A stretch of DNA of 64,000 bases from Paragordius varius. Taxonomy: Eukaryota; Animalia; Nematomorpha. The translations under genes were made by a program, and so were the position numbers. The notes under the pieces are model-generated. The model was not told the DNA's origin, did not search any database, and was given only the letters and a program-made list of their open reading frames with translations. The first letter of the stretch is position 1. Each line of letters begins with the position of its first letter. Where the stretch lies: the NCBI GenBank assembly GCA_964247055.1, contig OZ176052.1, positions 13,392,001 to 13,456,000 of the forward strand, read 5' to 3'. Positions 1 through 13,900 of this stretch are shown here, one piece after another.

Positions 1-178
1 ATTTTTACAACGATACTTTAAAAATTACTGTATTAAACTAGTCGCATCAATACTCAAGTTAAACTTTGTCCTTAAAAATCGGATATTGGTCACCGGTGAA
101 CAAAATTATTTTTTATACATTCTCTTAGACAGACTACATCAAAATATAGAGATAGTTTGACAAACTCTTTCATATCCG
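1..178 (+). repeat. Representative 178-bp monomer
   Basis: The next copy starts at 179. The consensus-like sequence has 49 G+C in 178 bp (about 27.5%) and five CpGs at monomer positions 11, 43, 80, 94 and 177. Confidence 0.98.
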
Positions 179-185
179 ATTTTTA
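73..185. repeat. 14-bp perfect inverted repeat inside each monomer (TAAAAATCGGATAT at 73-86 / ATATCCGATTTTTA at 172-185)
   Basis: The two 14-mers are exact reverse complements, and both are present in consensus-type monomers throughout the array. Confidence 0.95.
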
Positions 186-1461
186 CAACGATACTTAAAA
201 AATTAATGTATAAAACTAGTCGCATCAATACTCAAGTTAAACTTTATCCTTAAAAATTGGATATTGGTCACCGGTGAAGAAAATAATTTTTATACATTCT
301 CTTAGTAAGACTACATCAAAATATAGAGATAGTTTGACAAACTCTTTCATATCCGATTTTTACAACGATACTTTAAAAATTACTGTATTAAACTAGTCGC
401 ATCAATACTCAAGTTAAACTTTGTCCTTAAAAATCGGATATTGGTCACCGGTGAACAAAATTATTTTTTATACATTCTCTTAGACAGACTACATCAAAAT
501 ATAGAGATAGTTTGACAAACTCTTTCATATCCGATTTTAACAACGATACTTTAAAAATTAATGTATAAAACTAGTCGCATCAATACTCAAGTTAAACTTT
601 ATCCTTAAAAATTGGATATTGGTCACCGGTGAACAAAATAATTTTTTATACATTCTCTTAGTAAGACTACATCAAAATATAGAGATAGTTTGACAAACTC
701 TTTTATATCCGATTTTTACAACGATACTTTAAAAATTAATGTATAAAACTAGTCGCATCAATACTCAAGTTAAACTTTGTCCTTAAAAATCGGATATTGG
801 TCACCGGTGAACAAAATAATTTTTTATACATTCTCTTAGTAAGACTACATCAAAATATAGAGATAGTTTGACAAACTCTTTCATATCCAATTTTTACAAC
901 GATACTTTAAAAATTATGGTATTAAACCAGTCGCATCAATACTCAAGTTAAACTTTGTCCTTAAAAATCGGATATTGGTCACCGGTGAACATAATTATTT
1001 TTTATACATTCTCTTAGTAAGACTACATCAAAATATATAATAGTTTGACAAACTCTTTCATATCCGATTTTTACAACGATACTTTAAAAATTAATGTATA
1101 AAACTAGTCGCATCAATACTCAAGTTAAACTTTATCCTTAAAAATTGGATATTGGTCACCGGTGAACAAAATAATTTTTTATACATTCTCTTAGTAAGAC
1201 TACATCAAAATATAGAGATAGTTTGCCAAACTCTTTCATATCCGATTTTTACAACGATACTTTAAAAATTATGGTATTAAACTAGTCGCATCAATACTCA
1301 AATTAAACTTTGTCCTTAAAAATCGGATATTGGTCACCGGTGAACAAAATTATTTTTTATATATTCTCTTAGCAAGACTACATCAAAATATAGAGATAGT
1401 TTGACAAACTCTTTCATATCCGATTTTTACACCGATACTTTAAAAATTAATGTATAAAACT

Positions 1462-1487
1462 AGTCGTATCAATAAATCGCATCAATA
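1462..1487 (+). repeat. 13-bp tandem duplication (AGTCGTATCAATA + A[A/G]TCGCATCAATA) defining the 191-bp monomer class; first example
   Basis: Compared with consensus ACTAGTCGCATCAATACTC there are 13 extra bases. Roughly 70 such monomers by eye, from 1,462 to about 63,410. Confidence 0.95.
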
Positions 1488-4400
1488 CTCAAGTTAAACT
1501 TTGTCCTTAAAAATCGGATATTGGTCACCGGTGAACAAAATTATTTTTTATACATTCTCTTAGTAGGACTACATCAAAATATAGAGATAGTTTAGCAAAC
1601 TCTTTCATATCCGATTTTTACAACGATACTTTAAAAATTAATGTATAAAACTAGTCGCATCAATACTCAAGTTAAACTTTATCCTTAAAAATCGAATATT
1701 GGTCACCGGTTAACAAAATTATTTTTTATACATTCTCTTAGTAAGACTACATCAAAATATAGAGATAGTTTGAAACTCTTTCATATCCGATTTTTACAAC
1801 GATACTTTAAAAATTAATGTGTTAAACTAGTCGCATCAATACTCAAGTTAAAATTTGTCCTTAAAAATCGAATATTGGACACCGGTGAACAAAATTATTT
1901 TTTATACATTCTCTTAGTAAGACTACATCAAAATATAGAGATAGTTTGACAAACTCTTTTATATCCGATTTTTACAACGATACTTTAAAAATTAATGTAT
2001 AAAACTAGTCGGATCAATACTCAAGTTAAACTTTATCCTTAAAAATTGGATATTGGTCACCGGTGAACAAAATAATTGTTTATACATTCTCTTAGTAAGA
2101 CTACATCAAAATATAGAGATAGTTTGACAAACTCTTTCATATCCGATTTTTACAACGATACTTTAAAAATTATGGTATTAAACTAGTCGCATCAATACTC
2201 AAATTAAACTTTGTCCTTAAAAATCGGATATTGGTCACCGGTGAACAAAATTATTTTTTATATATTCTCTTAGCAAGACTACATCAAAATATAGAGATAG
2301 TTTGACAAACTCTTTCATATCCGATTTTTACAACGATACTTTAAAAATTAATGTATAAAACTAGTCGTATCAATAAATCGCATCAATACTCAAGTTAAAC
2401 TTTGTCCTTAAAAATCGGATATTGGTCACCGGTGAACAAAATTATTTTTTATACATTCTCTTAGTAGGACTACATCAAAATATAGAGATAGTTTAGCAAA
2501 CTCTTTTATATCCGATTTTTACAACGATACTTTAAAAATTAATGTGTTAAACTAGTCGCATCAATACTCAAGTTAAACTTTGTCCTTAAAAATTGGATAT
2601 TGGTCACCGGTGAACAAAATTATTTTTTATACATTCTCTTAGTAAGACTACATCAAAATATAGAGATAGTTTGACAAACTCTTTCATATCCGATTTTTAC
2701 AACGATACTTTAAAAATTAATGTATTAAACTAGTCGCATCAATACTCAAGTTAAACTTTGTCCTTCAAAATCGGATATTGGTCACCGGTGAACAAAATTA
2801 TTTTTTATACATTCTCTTAGCAAGACTACATCAAAATATAGAGATAGTTTGACAAACTCTTTCATATCCGATTATTACAACGATACTTTATAAATTAAAG
2901 TATAAAATTAGTCGTATCAATAAGTCGCATCAATACTCAAGTTAAACTTTGTCCTTAAAAATCGGATATTGGTCACCGGTGAACAAAATAATTTTTTATA
3001 CATTCTCTTAGTAAGACTACATCAAAATATAGAGATAGTTTGACAAACTCTTTCATAACGGATTTTTACAACGATACTTTAAAAATTAGGGTATTAAACC
3101 AGTCGCATCAATACTCAAGTTAAACTTTGTCCTTAAAAATCGGATATTGGTCACCGGTGAACAAAATAATTTTTTATACATTCTCTTAGTAAGACTACAT
3201 CAAAATATAGAGATTGTTTGACAAACTCTTTCATATCCGATTTTTACATTGATACTTAAAAAATTAATGTATAAAACTAGTCGCATCAATACTCAAGTTA
3301 AACTTAGTCCTTTAAAATCGGATATTGGTCACCGGTGAACAAAATTATTTTTTATACATTCTCTTAGTAAGACTACATCAAAATATAGAGATAGTTTGAC
3401 AAACTCTTTCATATGAGATTTTTACAACGATACTTTAAAAATTAATGTGTTAAACTAGTCGCATCAATACTCAAGTTAAACTTTGTCCTTAAAAATCGAA
3501 TATTGGTCACCGGTGAACATAATTATTTTTTATACATTCTCTTAGTAAGACTACATCAAAATATAGAGATAGTTTGACAAACTCATTCATATCCGATTTT
3601 TAAAACGATACTTTAAAAATAAATGTGTTAAACTAGTCGCATCGATACTCAAGTTAAACTTTTTCCTTAAAAATCGGATATTGGTCACCGGTGAACAATA
3701 TTTTTTATACATTCTCTTAGTAAGACTACATCAAAATTTGACAAACTCTTTCATATCCGATTTTTACAACGATACTTTGAAAATTAATGTATTAAACTAA
3801 TCGCATCAATACTCAAGTTAAACTTTGTCCTTAAAAATCGGATATTGGTCACCGGTGAACAAAATTATTTTTAATACATTCTCTTAGTAAGACTAAATCA
3901 AATTATAGAGATAGTTTGACAAACTCTTTCATATCCGATTTTTACAACGATACTTCAAAAATTAATGTATAAAACTAGTCGTATCAATAAGTCGTATCAA
4001 TACTCAAGTTAAACTTTGTCCTTAAAAATCGGATATTGGTCACCGGTGAACAAAATTATTTTTTATACATTCTCTTAGTAAGACTACATCAAAATATAGA
4101 GATAGTTTGACAAACTCTTTCATATCCAATTTTTACAACGATACTTTAAAAATTAATGTATAAAACTAGTCGCATCAATAAATCGCATCAATACTCAAGT
4201 TAAACTTTGTCCTTAAAAATCGAATATTGGTCACCGGTGAACAAAATTATTTTTTATACATTCTCTTAGTAAGACTACATCAAAATATAGAGATAGTTTG
4301 ACAAACTCTTTCATATCCGATTTTTACAACGATACTTTAAAAATTAATGTATAAAACGTCGCATCAATACTCAAGTTAAACTTTATCCTTAAAAATTGGA

Positions 4401-6839
4401 TATTGGTCACCGGTGAACAAAATAATTTTTTATGCATTCTCTTAGTAAGACTACATCAAAATATAGAGATAGTTTGAAACTCTTTCATAACCGATTTTTA
4501 CAACGATACTTTAAAAATTATGGTATTAAACCAGTCGCATCAATACTCAAGTTAAACTTTGTCCTTAACAATCGGATATTGGTCACCGGTGAACAAAATT
4601 ATTTTTTATACATTCTCTTAGTAAGACTACATCAAAATATAGAGATAGTTTGACAAACTCTTTCATATCCGATTTTTACAACGATACTTTAAAAATTAAT
4701 GTATTAAACTAGTCGCATCAATACTCAAATTAAACTTTGTCCTTAAAAATCGGATATTGGACACCGGTGAACAAAATTATTTTTTATATATTCTCTTAGC
4801 AAGACTACATCAAAATATAGAGATAGTTTGACAAACTCTTTAATATCCGATTTTTACAACGATACTTTAAAAATTAATGTATAAAACTAGTCGTATCAAT
4901 AAATCGCATCAATACTCAAGTTAAACTTTGTCCTTAAAAATCGGATATTGGTCACCAGTGAACAAAATTATTTTTTATACATTCTCTTAGTAAGACTACA
5001 TCAAAATATAGAGATAGTTTGACAAACTCTTTCATATCCGATTTTTACAACGATACTTTAAAAATTATGGTATTAAACTAGTCGCATCAATACTCAAATT
5101 AAACTTTGTCCTTAAAAATCGGATATTGGTCACCGGTGAACAAAATATATTTTTATACATTCTCTTAGTAAGACTACATCAAAATATAGAGATAGTTTGA
5201 CAAACTCTTTCATATCCGATTTTTACAACGATACTTTAAAAAGTAATGTATAAAACTAGTCGCATCAATACTCAAGTTAAACTTTATCCTTAAAAATTGG
5301 ATATTGGTCACCGGTGAACAAAATAATTTTTTATACATTCTCTTAGTAAGACTACATCAAAATATAGAGATAGTTTGACAAACTCTTTCATATCCGATTT
5401 TTACAACGATACTTTAAAAATTATGGTATTAAACTAGTCGCATCAATACTCAAATTAAACTTTGTCCTTAAAAATCGGATATTGGTCACCGGTGAACAAA
5501 ATAATTTTTTATACATTCTCTTAGTAAGACTACATCAAAATATAGAGATAGTTTGACAAACTCTTTCATATCCGATTTTTACAACGATACTTTAAAAATT
5601 AATGTATAAAACTAGTCGCATCAATACTCAAGTTAAACTTTGTCCTTAAAAATCGGATATTGGTCACCGGTGAACAAAATTATTTTTTATATATTCTCTT
5701 AGCAAGACTACATCAAAATATAGAGATAGTTTGGCAAACTCTTTCATATCCGATTTTTACAACGATACTTTAAAAATTAATGTATAAAACTAGTCGCATC
5801 AATACTCAAGTTAAACTTTGTCCTTAAAAATCGGATATTGGTCACCGGTGAACAAAATTATTATTTATACATTCTCTTAGTAAGACTACATCAAAATATA
5901 GAGATAGTTTGACAAACTCTTTCATATCCGATTTTTACAAGGATACTTTATAAATTAATGTATAAAACTAGTCGTATCAATAAGTCGCATCAATACTCAA
6001 GTTAAACTTTGTCCTTAAAAATCGGATATTGGTCACCGGTGAACAAAATTATTTTTTATACATTCTCTTAGTAAGACTACATCAAAATATAGAGATAGTT
6101 TTAAACTCTTTCATATCCGATTTTTACAACCATACTTTAAAAATTAATGTGTTAAACTAGTCGCATCAATACTCAAGTTAAACTTTGTCCTTAAAAATCG
6201 GATATTGGTCACCGGTGAACAAAATTATTTTTTATACATTCTCTTAGTAAGACTACATCAAAATATAGAGATAGTTTGACAAACTCTTTCATATCCGATT
6301 TTTACAAGGATACTTTATAAATTAATGTATAAAACTAGTCGTATCAATAAGTCGCATCAATACTCAAGTTAAACTTTGTCCTTAAAAATCGGATATTGGT
6401 CACCGGTGAACAAAATAATTTTTTATACATTCTCTTAGTAAGACTACATCAAAATATAGAGATAGTTTGACAAACTCTTTCATATCCGATTTTTACAACG
6501 ATACTTTAAAAATTATGGTATTAAACCAGTCGCATCAATACTCAAGTTAAACTTTCTCCTTAAAAATCGGATATTGGTCACCGGTGAACAAAATTATTTT
6601 TTATACATTCTCTTAGTAATTACATCAAAATATAGAGATAGTTTGACAAACTCTTTCATATCCGATTTTTACAACGATACTTTAAAAATTAATGTATAAA
6701 ACTAGTCGCATCAATACTCAAGTTAAACTTTATCCTTAAAAATTGGATATTGGTCACCGGTGAAGAAAATAATTTTTTATACATTCTCTTAGTAAGACTA
6801 CATCAAAATATAGAGATAGTTTGACAAACTCTTTCATAT

Positions 6840-9800
6840 CCGATTTTTACAACGATACTTTAAAAATTATGGTATTAAACTAGTCGCATCAATACTTAAA
6901 TTAAACTTTGTCCTTAAAAATCGGATATTGGTCACCTGTGAACAAAATTATTTTTTATATATTCTCTTAGCAAGACTACATCAATAGAGATAGTTTGACA
7001 AACTCTTTCATATCCGATTTTCACAACGATACTTTAAAAATTAATGTATAAAACTAGTCGTATCAATAAATCGCATCAATACTCAAGTTAAACTTTGTCC
7101 TTAAAAATCGGATATTGGTCACCGGTGAACAAAATTATTTTTTATACATTCTCTTAGTAGGACTACATTAAAATATAGAGATAGTTTGGCAAACTCTTTC
7201 ATATCCGATTTTTACAACGATACTTTGAAAATTAATGTATAAAACTAGTCGCATCAATACTCAAGTTAAACTTTGTCCTTAAAAATCGGATATTGGTCAC
7301 CTGTGAACAAAATAATTTTTTATACATTCTCTTAGTAAGACTACATCAATAGAGATAGTTTGTAACTCTTTCATATCCGATTTTTACAACGATACTTTAA
7401 AAATTAATGTGTTAAACTAGTCGCATCAATACTCAAGTTAAACTTTGTCCTTAAAAATCGGATATTTGTCACCGGTGAACAAAATTATTTTTTAAACATT
7501 CTCTTAGTAAGACTACATCAAAATATAGAGATAGTTTGACAAACTCTTTCATATCCGATTTTTACAAGGATACTTTATAAATTAATGTATAAAACTAGTC
7601 GTATCAATAAGTCGCATCAATACTCAACTTAAACTTTGTCCTTAAAAATCGGATATTGGTCACAGGTGAACAAAATAATTTTTTATACATTCTCTTAGTA
7701 AGACTACATCAAAATATAGAGATAGTTTGACAAACTCTTTCATATCCGATTTTTACAACGATACTTTAAAAATTATGGTATTAAACCAGTCGCATCAATA
7801 CTCAAGTTAAACTTTGTCCTTAAAAATCGGATATTGGTCACCGGTGAACAAAATTATTTTTTATACATTCTCTTAGTAAGACTACATCAAAATATAGAGA
7901 TAGTTTGACAAACTCTTTCATATCCGATTTTTACAACGATACTTTTATAATGTATAAAACTAGTCGCATCAATACTCAAGTTAAACTTTATCCTTAAAAA
8001 TTGGATATTGGTCACCGGTGAAGAAAATAATTTTTTATACATTCTCTTAGTAAGACTACATCAAAATATAGAGATAGTTTGACAAACTCTTTCCGATTTT
8101 TACAACGATACTTTAAAAATTATGGTATTAAACTAGTCGCATCAATACTCAAATTAAACTTTGTCCTTAAGAATCGGATATTGGTCACCGGTGAACAAAA
8201 TTATTTTTTATATATTCTCTTAGTAAGACTACATCAAAATATAGAGATAGTTTGACAAACTCTTTCATATCCGATTTTTACAACGATACTTTAAAAATTA
8301 TGGTATTAAACTAGTCGCATCAATACTTAAATTAATCTTTGTCCTTAAAAATCGGATATTGGTCACCTGTGAACAAAATTATTTTTTATATATTCTCTTA
8401 GCAAGACTACATCAATAGAGATAGTTTGACAAACTCTTTCATATCCGATTTTCACAACGATACTTTAAAAATTAATGTATAAAACTAGTCGTATCAATAA
8501 ATCGCATCAATACTCAAGTTAAACTTTGTCCTTAAAAATCGGATATTGGTCACCGGTGAATAAAATTATTTTTTATACATTCTCTTAGTAGGACTACATT
8601 AAAATATAGAGATAGTTTGGCAAACTCTTTCATATCCGATTTTTACAACGATACTTTGAAAATTAATGTATAAAACTAGTCGCATCAATACTCAAGTTAA
8701 ACTTTGTCCTTAAAAATCGGATATTGGTCACCAGTGAACAAAATAATTTTTTATACATTCTCTTAGTAAGACTACATCAATAGAGATAGTTTGTAACACT
8801 TTCATATCCGATTTTTACAACGATACTTTAAAAATTAATGTGTTAAACTAGTCGCATCAATACTCAAGTTAAACTTTAAAAATCGGATATTTGTCACCGG
8901 TGAACAAAATTATTTTTTAAACATTCTCTTAGTAAGACTACATCAAAATATAGAGATAGTTTGACAAACTCTTTCATATCCGATTTTTACAAGGATACTT
9001 TATAAATTAATGTATAAAACTAGTCGTATCAATAAGTCGCATCAATACTCAACTTAAACTTTGTCCTTAAAAATCGGATATTGGTCACAGGTGAACAAAA
9101 TAATTTTTTATACATTCTCTTAGTAAGACTACATCAAAATATAGAGATAGTTTGACAAACTCTTTCATATCCGATTTTTACAACGATACTTTAAAAATTA
9201 TGGTATTAAACCAGTCGCATCAATACTCAAGTTAAACTTTGTCCTTAAAAATCGGATATTGGTCACCGGTGAACAAAATTATTTTTTATACATTCTCTTA
9301 GTAGGACTACATTAAAATATAGAGATAGTTTGGCAAACTCTTTCATATCCGATTTTTACAACGATACTTTGAAAATTAATGTATAAAACTAGTCGCATCA
9401 ATACTCAAGTTAAACTTTGTCCTTAAAAATCGGATATTGGTCACCAGTGAACAAAATAATTTTTTATACATTCTCTTAGTAAGACTACATCAATAGAGAT
9501 AGTTTGTAACTCTTTCATATCCGATTTTTACAACGATACTTTAAAAATTAATGTGTTAAACTAGTCGCATCAATACTCAAGTTAAACTTTGTCCTTAAAA
9601 ATCGGATATTTGTCACCGGTGAACAAAATTATTTTTTAAACATTCTCTTAGTAAGACTACATCAAAATATAGAGATAGTTTGACAAACTCTTTCATATCC
9701 GATTTTTACAAGGATACTTTATAAATTAATGTATAAAACTAGTCGTATCAATAAGTCGCATCAATACTCAACTTAAACTTTGTCCTTAAGAATCGGATAT

Positions 9801-10900
9801 TGGTCACCGGTGAACAAAATTATTTTTTATATATTCTCTTAGTAAGACTACATCAAAATATAGAGATAGTTTGACAAACTCTTTCATATCCGATTTTTAC
9901 AACGATACTTTAAAAATTATGGTATTAAACTAGTCGCATCAATACTTAAATTAAACTTTGTCCTTAAAAATCGGATATTGGTCACCTGTGAACAAAATTT
10001 TTTTTATATATTCTCTTAGCAAGACTACATCAATAGAGATAGTTTGACAAACTCTTTCATATCCGATTTTCACAACGATACTTTAAAAATTAATGTATAA
10101 AACTAGTCGTATCAATAAATCGCATCAATACTCAAGTTAAACTTTGTCCTTAAAAATCGGATATTGGTCACCGGTGAACAAAATTATTTTTTATACATTC
10201 TCTTAGTAGGACTACATTAAAATATAGAGATAGTTTGGCAAACTCTTTCATATCCGATTTTTACAACGATACTTTGAAAATTAATGTATAAAACTAGTCG
10301 CATCAATACTCAAGTTAAACTTTGTCCTTAAAAATCGGATATTGGTCACCAGTGAACAAAATAATTTTTTATACATTCTCTTAGTAAGACTACATCAATA
10401 GAGATAGTTTGTAACTCTTTCATGTCCGATTTTTACAACGATACTTTAAAAATTAATGTGTTAAACTAGTCGCATCAATACTCAAGTTAAACTTTGTCTT
10501 TAAAAATCGGATATTTGTCACCGGTGAAAAAAATTATTTTTTAAACATTCTCTTAGTAAGACTACATCAAAATATAGAGATAGTTTGACAAACTCTTTCA
10601 TATCCGATTTTTACAAGGATACTTTATAAATTAATGTATAAAACTAGTCGTATCAATAAGTTGCATCAATACTCAACTTAAACTTTGTCCTTAAAAATCG
10701 GATATTGGTCACAGGTGAACAAAATAATTTTTTATACATTCTCTTAGTAAGACTACATCAAAATATAGAGATAGTTTGACAAACTCTTTCATATCCGATT
10801 TTTACAACGATACTTTAAAAATTATGGTATTAAACCAGTCGCATCAATACTCAAGTTAAACTTTGTCCTTAAAAATCGGATATTGGTCACCGGTGAACAA
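6840..10900 (+). repeat. Local HOR block built on an 8-monomer unit (1,431 bp) with truncated 4-mer and 5-mer derivatives
   Basis: The marker GGACTACATTAAA lies at about 7,161, 8,592, 9,305 and 10,210 (offsets 1,431, 713, 905). The 4-bp deletion CATCAATAGAG lies at about 6,981, 7,346, 8,412, 8,777, 9,490, 10,030 and 10,395. Confidence 0.85.
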
Positions 10901-13900
10901 AATTATTTTTTATACATTCTCTTAGTAAGACTACATCAAAATATAGAGATAGTTTGACAAACTCTTTCATATCCGATTTTTACAACGATACTTTTAAAAT
11001 TAATGTATAAAACTAGTCGCATCAATACTCAAGTTAAACTTTATCCTTAAAAATTGGATATTGGTCACCGGTGAAGAAAATAATTTTTTATACATTCTCT
11101 TAGTAAGACTACATCAAAATATAGAGATAGTTTGACAAACTCTTTCATATCCGATTTTTACAACGATACTTTAAAAATTATGGTATTAAACTAGTCGCAT
11201 CAATACTCAAATTAAACTTTGTCCTTAAGAATCGGATATTGGTCACCGGTGAACAAAATTATTTTTTATATATTCTCTTAGCAAGACTACATCAAAATAT
11301 AGAGATAGTTTGACAAACTCTTTCATATCCGATTTTCACAACGATACTTTAAAAAATAATGTATAAAACTAGTCGTATCAATAAATCACATCAATACTCA
11401 AGTTAAACTTTGTCCTTAAAAATCGGATATTGGTCACCGGTGAACAAAATTAATTTTTATACATTCTCTTAGTAGGACTACATCAAAATATAGAGATAGT
11501 TTGGCAAACTCTTTCATATCCGATTTTTACAACGATACTTTAAAAATTAATATATAAAACTAGTCGCATCAATACTCAAGTTAAACTTTGTCCTTAAAAA
11601 TCGGATATTGGTCACCGGTGAACAAAATAATTTTTTATACATTCTCTTAGTAAGACTACATCAAAATATAGAGATAGTTTGACAAACTCTTTCATATCCG
11701 ATTTTTACAACGATACTTTAAAAATTAATGTATTAAACTAGTCGTATCAATAAATCGCATCAATACTCAAGTTAAACTTTGTCCTTAACAATCGGATATT
11801 GGTCACCGGTGAACAAAATTATTTTTTATACATTCTCTTAGTAAGACTACATCAAAATATAGAGATAGTTTGACAAACTCTTTCATATCCGATTTTTACA
11901 ACGATACTTTAAAAATTAATGTATTAAACTAGTCGCATCAATACTCAAATTAAACTTTGTCCTTAAAAATCGGATATTGGTCACCGGTGAAGAAAATAAT
12001 TTTTTATATATTCTCTTAGTAAGACTACATCAAAATATAGAGATAGTATGACAATCTCTTTCATATCCGATTTTTACAACGATACTTTAAAAATTATGGT
12101 ATTAAACTAGTCGCATCAATACTCAAATTAAACTTTGTCCTTAAGAATCGGATATTGGTCACCGGTGAACAAAATTATTTTTTATATATTCTCTTAGCAA
12201 GACTACATCAAAATATAGAGATAGTTTGACAAACTCTTTCATATCCGATTTTCACAACGATACTTTAAAAAATAATGTATAAAACTAGTCGTATCAATAA
12301 ATCGCATCAATACTCAAATTAAACTTTGTCCTTAAAAATCGGATATTGGTCACCGGTGAACAAAATTATTTTTTATACATTCTCTTAGTAAGACTACATC
12401 AAAATATAGAGATAGTTTGACAAACTCTTTCATATCCGATTTTTACAACGATACTTTAAAAATTAATGTATTAAACTAGTCGTATCAATAAATCGCATCA
12501 ATACTCAAGTTAAACTTTGTCCTTAACAATCGGATATTGGTCACCGGTGAACAAATTTATTTTTTATACATTCTCTTAGTAAGACTACATCAAAATATAG
12601 AGATAGTTTGACAAACTCTTTCATATCCGATTTTTACAACGATACTTTAAAAATTAATGTATTAAACTAGTCGCATCAATACTCAAATTAAACTTTGTCC
12701 TTAAAAATAGGATATTGGTCACCTGTGAACAAAATTATTTTTTATATATTCTCTTAGTAAGACTACATCAAAATATAGAGATAGTTTGACAAACTCTTTC
12801 ATATCCGATTTTTACAACGATACTTTAAAAATTAATGTATTAAACTAGTCGCATCAATACTCAAGTTAAACTTTATCCTTAAAAATTTATTGGTCACCGG
12901 TGAAGAAAATAATTTTTATACATTCTTTTAGTAAGACTACATCAAAATATAGAGATAGTTTGACAAACTCTTTCATATCCGATTTTTACAACGATACTTT
13001 AAAAATTATGGTATTAAACTAGTCGCATCAATACTCAAATTAAACTTTGTCCTTAAAAATCGGATATTGGTCACCGGTAAACAAAATTATTTTTTATATA
13101 TTCTCTTAGTAAGACTACATCAAAATATAGAGATAGTTTGACAAACTCTTTCATATCCGATTTTTACAATGATACTTTAAAAATTAATGTATTAAATTAG
13201 TCGTAACAATAAATCGCATCAATACTCAAGTTAAACTTTGTCCTTAACAATCGGATATTGGTCACCGGTGAACAAAATTATTTTTTATACATTCTCTTAG
13301 TAAGACTACATCAAAATATAGAGTTTGACAAACTCTTTCATATCCGATTTTTACAACGATACTTTAAAAATTAATGTATTAAACTAGTCGCATCAATACT
13401 CAAATTAAACTTTGTCCTTAAAAATCGGATATTGGTCACCGGTGAATAAAATTATTTTTTATACATTCTCTTAGTAGGACTACATCAAAATATATTGTTT
13501 GGCAAACTCTTTCATATCCGATTTTTACAACGATACTTTAAAAATTAATGTATTAAACTAGTCGCATCAATACTCAAATTAAACTTTGTCCTTAAAAATC
13601 GGATATTGGTCACCGGTGAACAAAATTATTTTTTATATATTCTCTTAGCAAGACCACATCAAAATATAGAGATAGTTTGACAAACTCTTTCATATCCGAT
13701 TTTTACAACGATACTTTAAAAATTAATGTATTAAACTAGTCGCATCAATACTCAAATTAAACTTTGTCCTTAAAAATCGGATATTGGTCACCGGTAAACA
13801 AAATTATTTTTTATACATTCTCTTAGTAGGACTACATCAAAATATAGAGATAGTTTGGCAAACTCTTTCATATCCGATTTTTACAACGATACTTTAAAAA

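Noticed and set aside
28-40. TATAAA in the AATGTATAAAAC variant as a TATA box or promoter
   Set aside because: It is one common allele of an AT-rich repeat position with no downstream gene, and is expected by chance.
33-80. Possible ancient 26-bp internal subrepeat (TTAAACTAGTC at 33 / TTAAACTTTGTC at 59)
   Set aside because: Only about 10 matching bases in AT-rich sequence, which cannot be distinguished from chance without a statistical test.
1-178. 10-bp phased A-tracts implying intrinsic curvature
   Set aside because: A/T tracts are abundant (about positions 4, 22, 36, 62, 76, 103, 111, 142), but by eye the spacing is not a consistent helical multiple; a curvature calculation is needed.
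73-185. Conserved RNA secondary structure or ncRNA from the 14-bp inverted repeat
   Set aside because: Common variants disrupt one arm at a time (AATTGG, CGAAT, AACAATC, CATAACCG, TTTCAC), and I found no compensatory pairs in cis. The complementary variants ATCCAAT and ATTGGAT are not adjacent.
175-192. CENP-B-box-like sequence on the minus strand (ATCGTTGTAAAAATCGGA versus TTCGTTGGAAACGGGA)
   Set aside because: It shares TCGTTG and CGG, but the two CpGs are 10 nt apart instead of 7 and the required TTCG and CGGG cores are not met.
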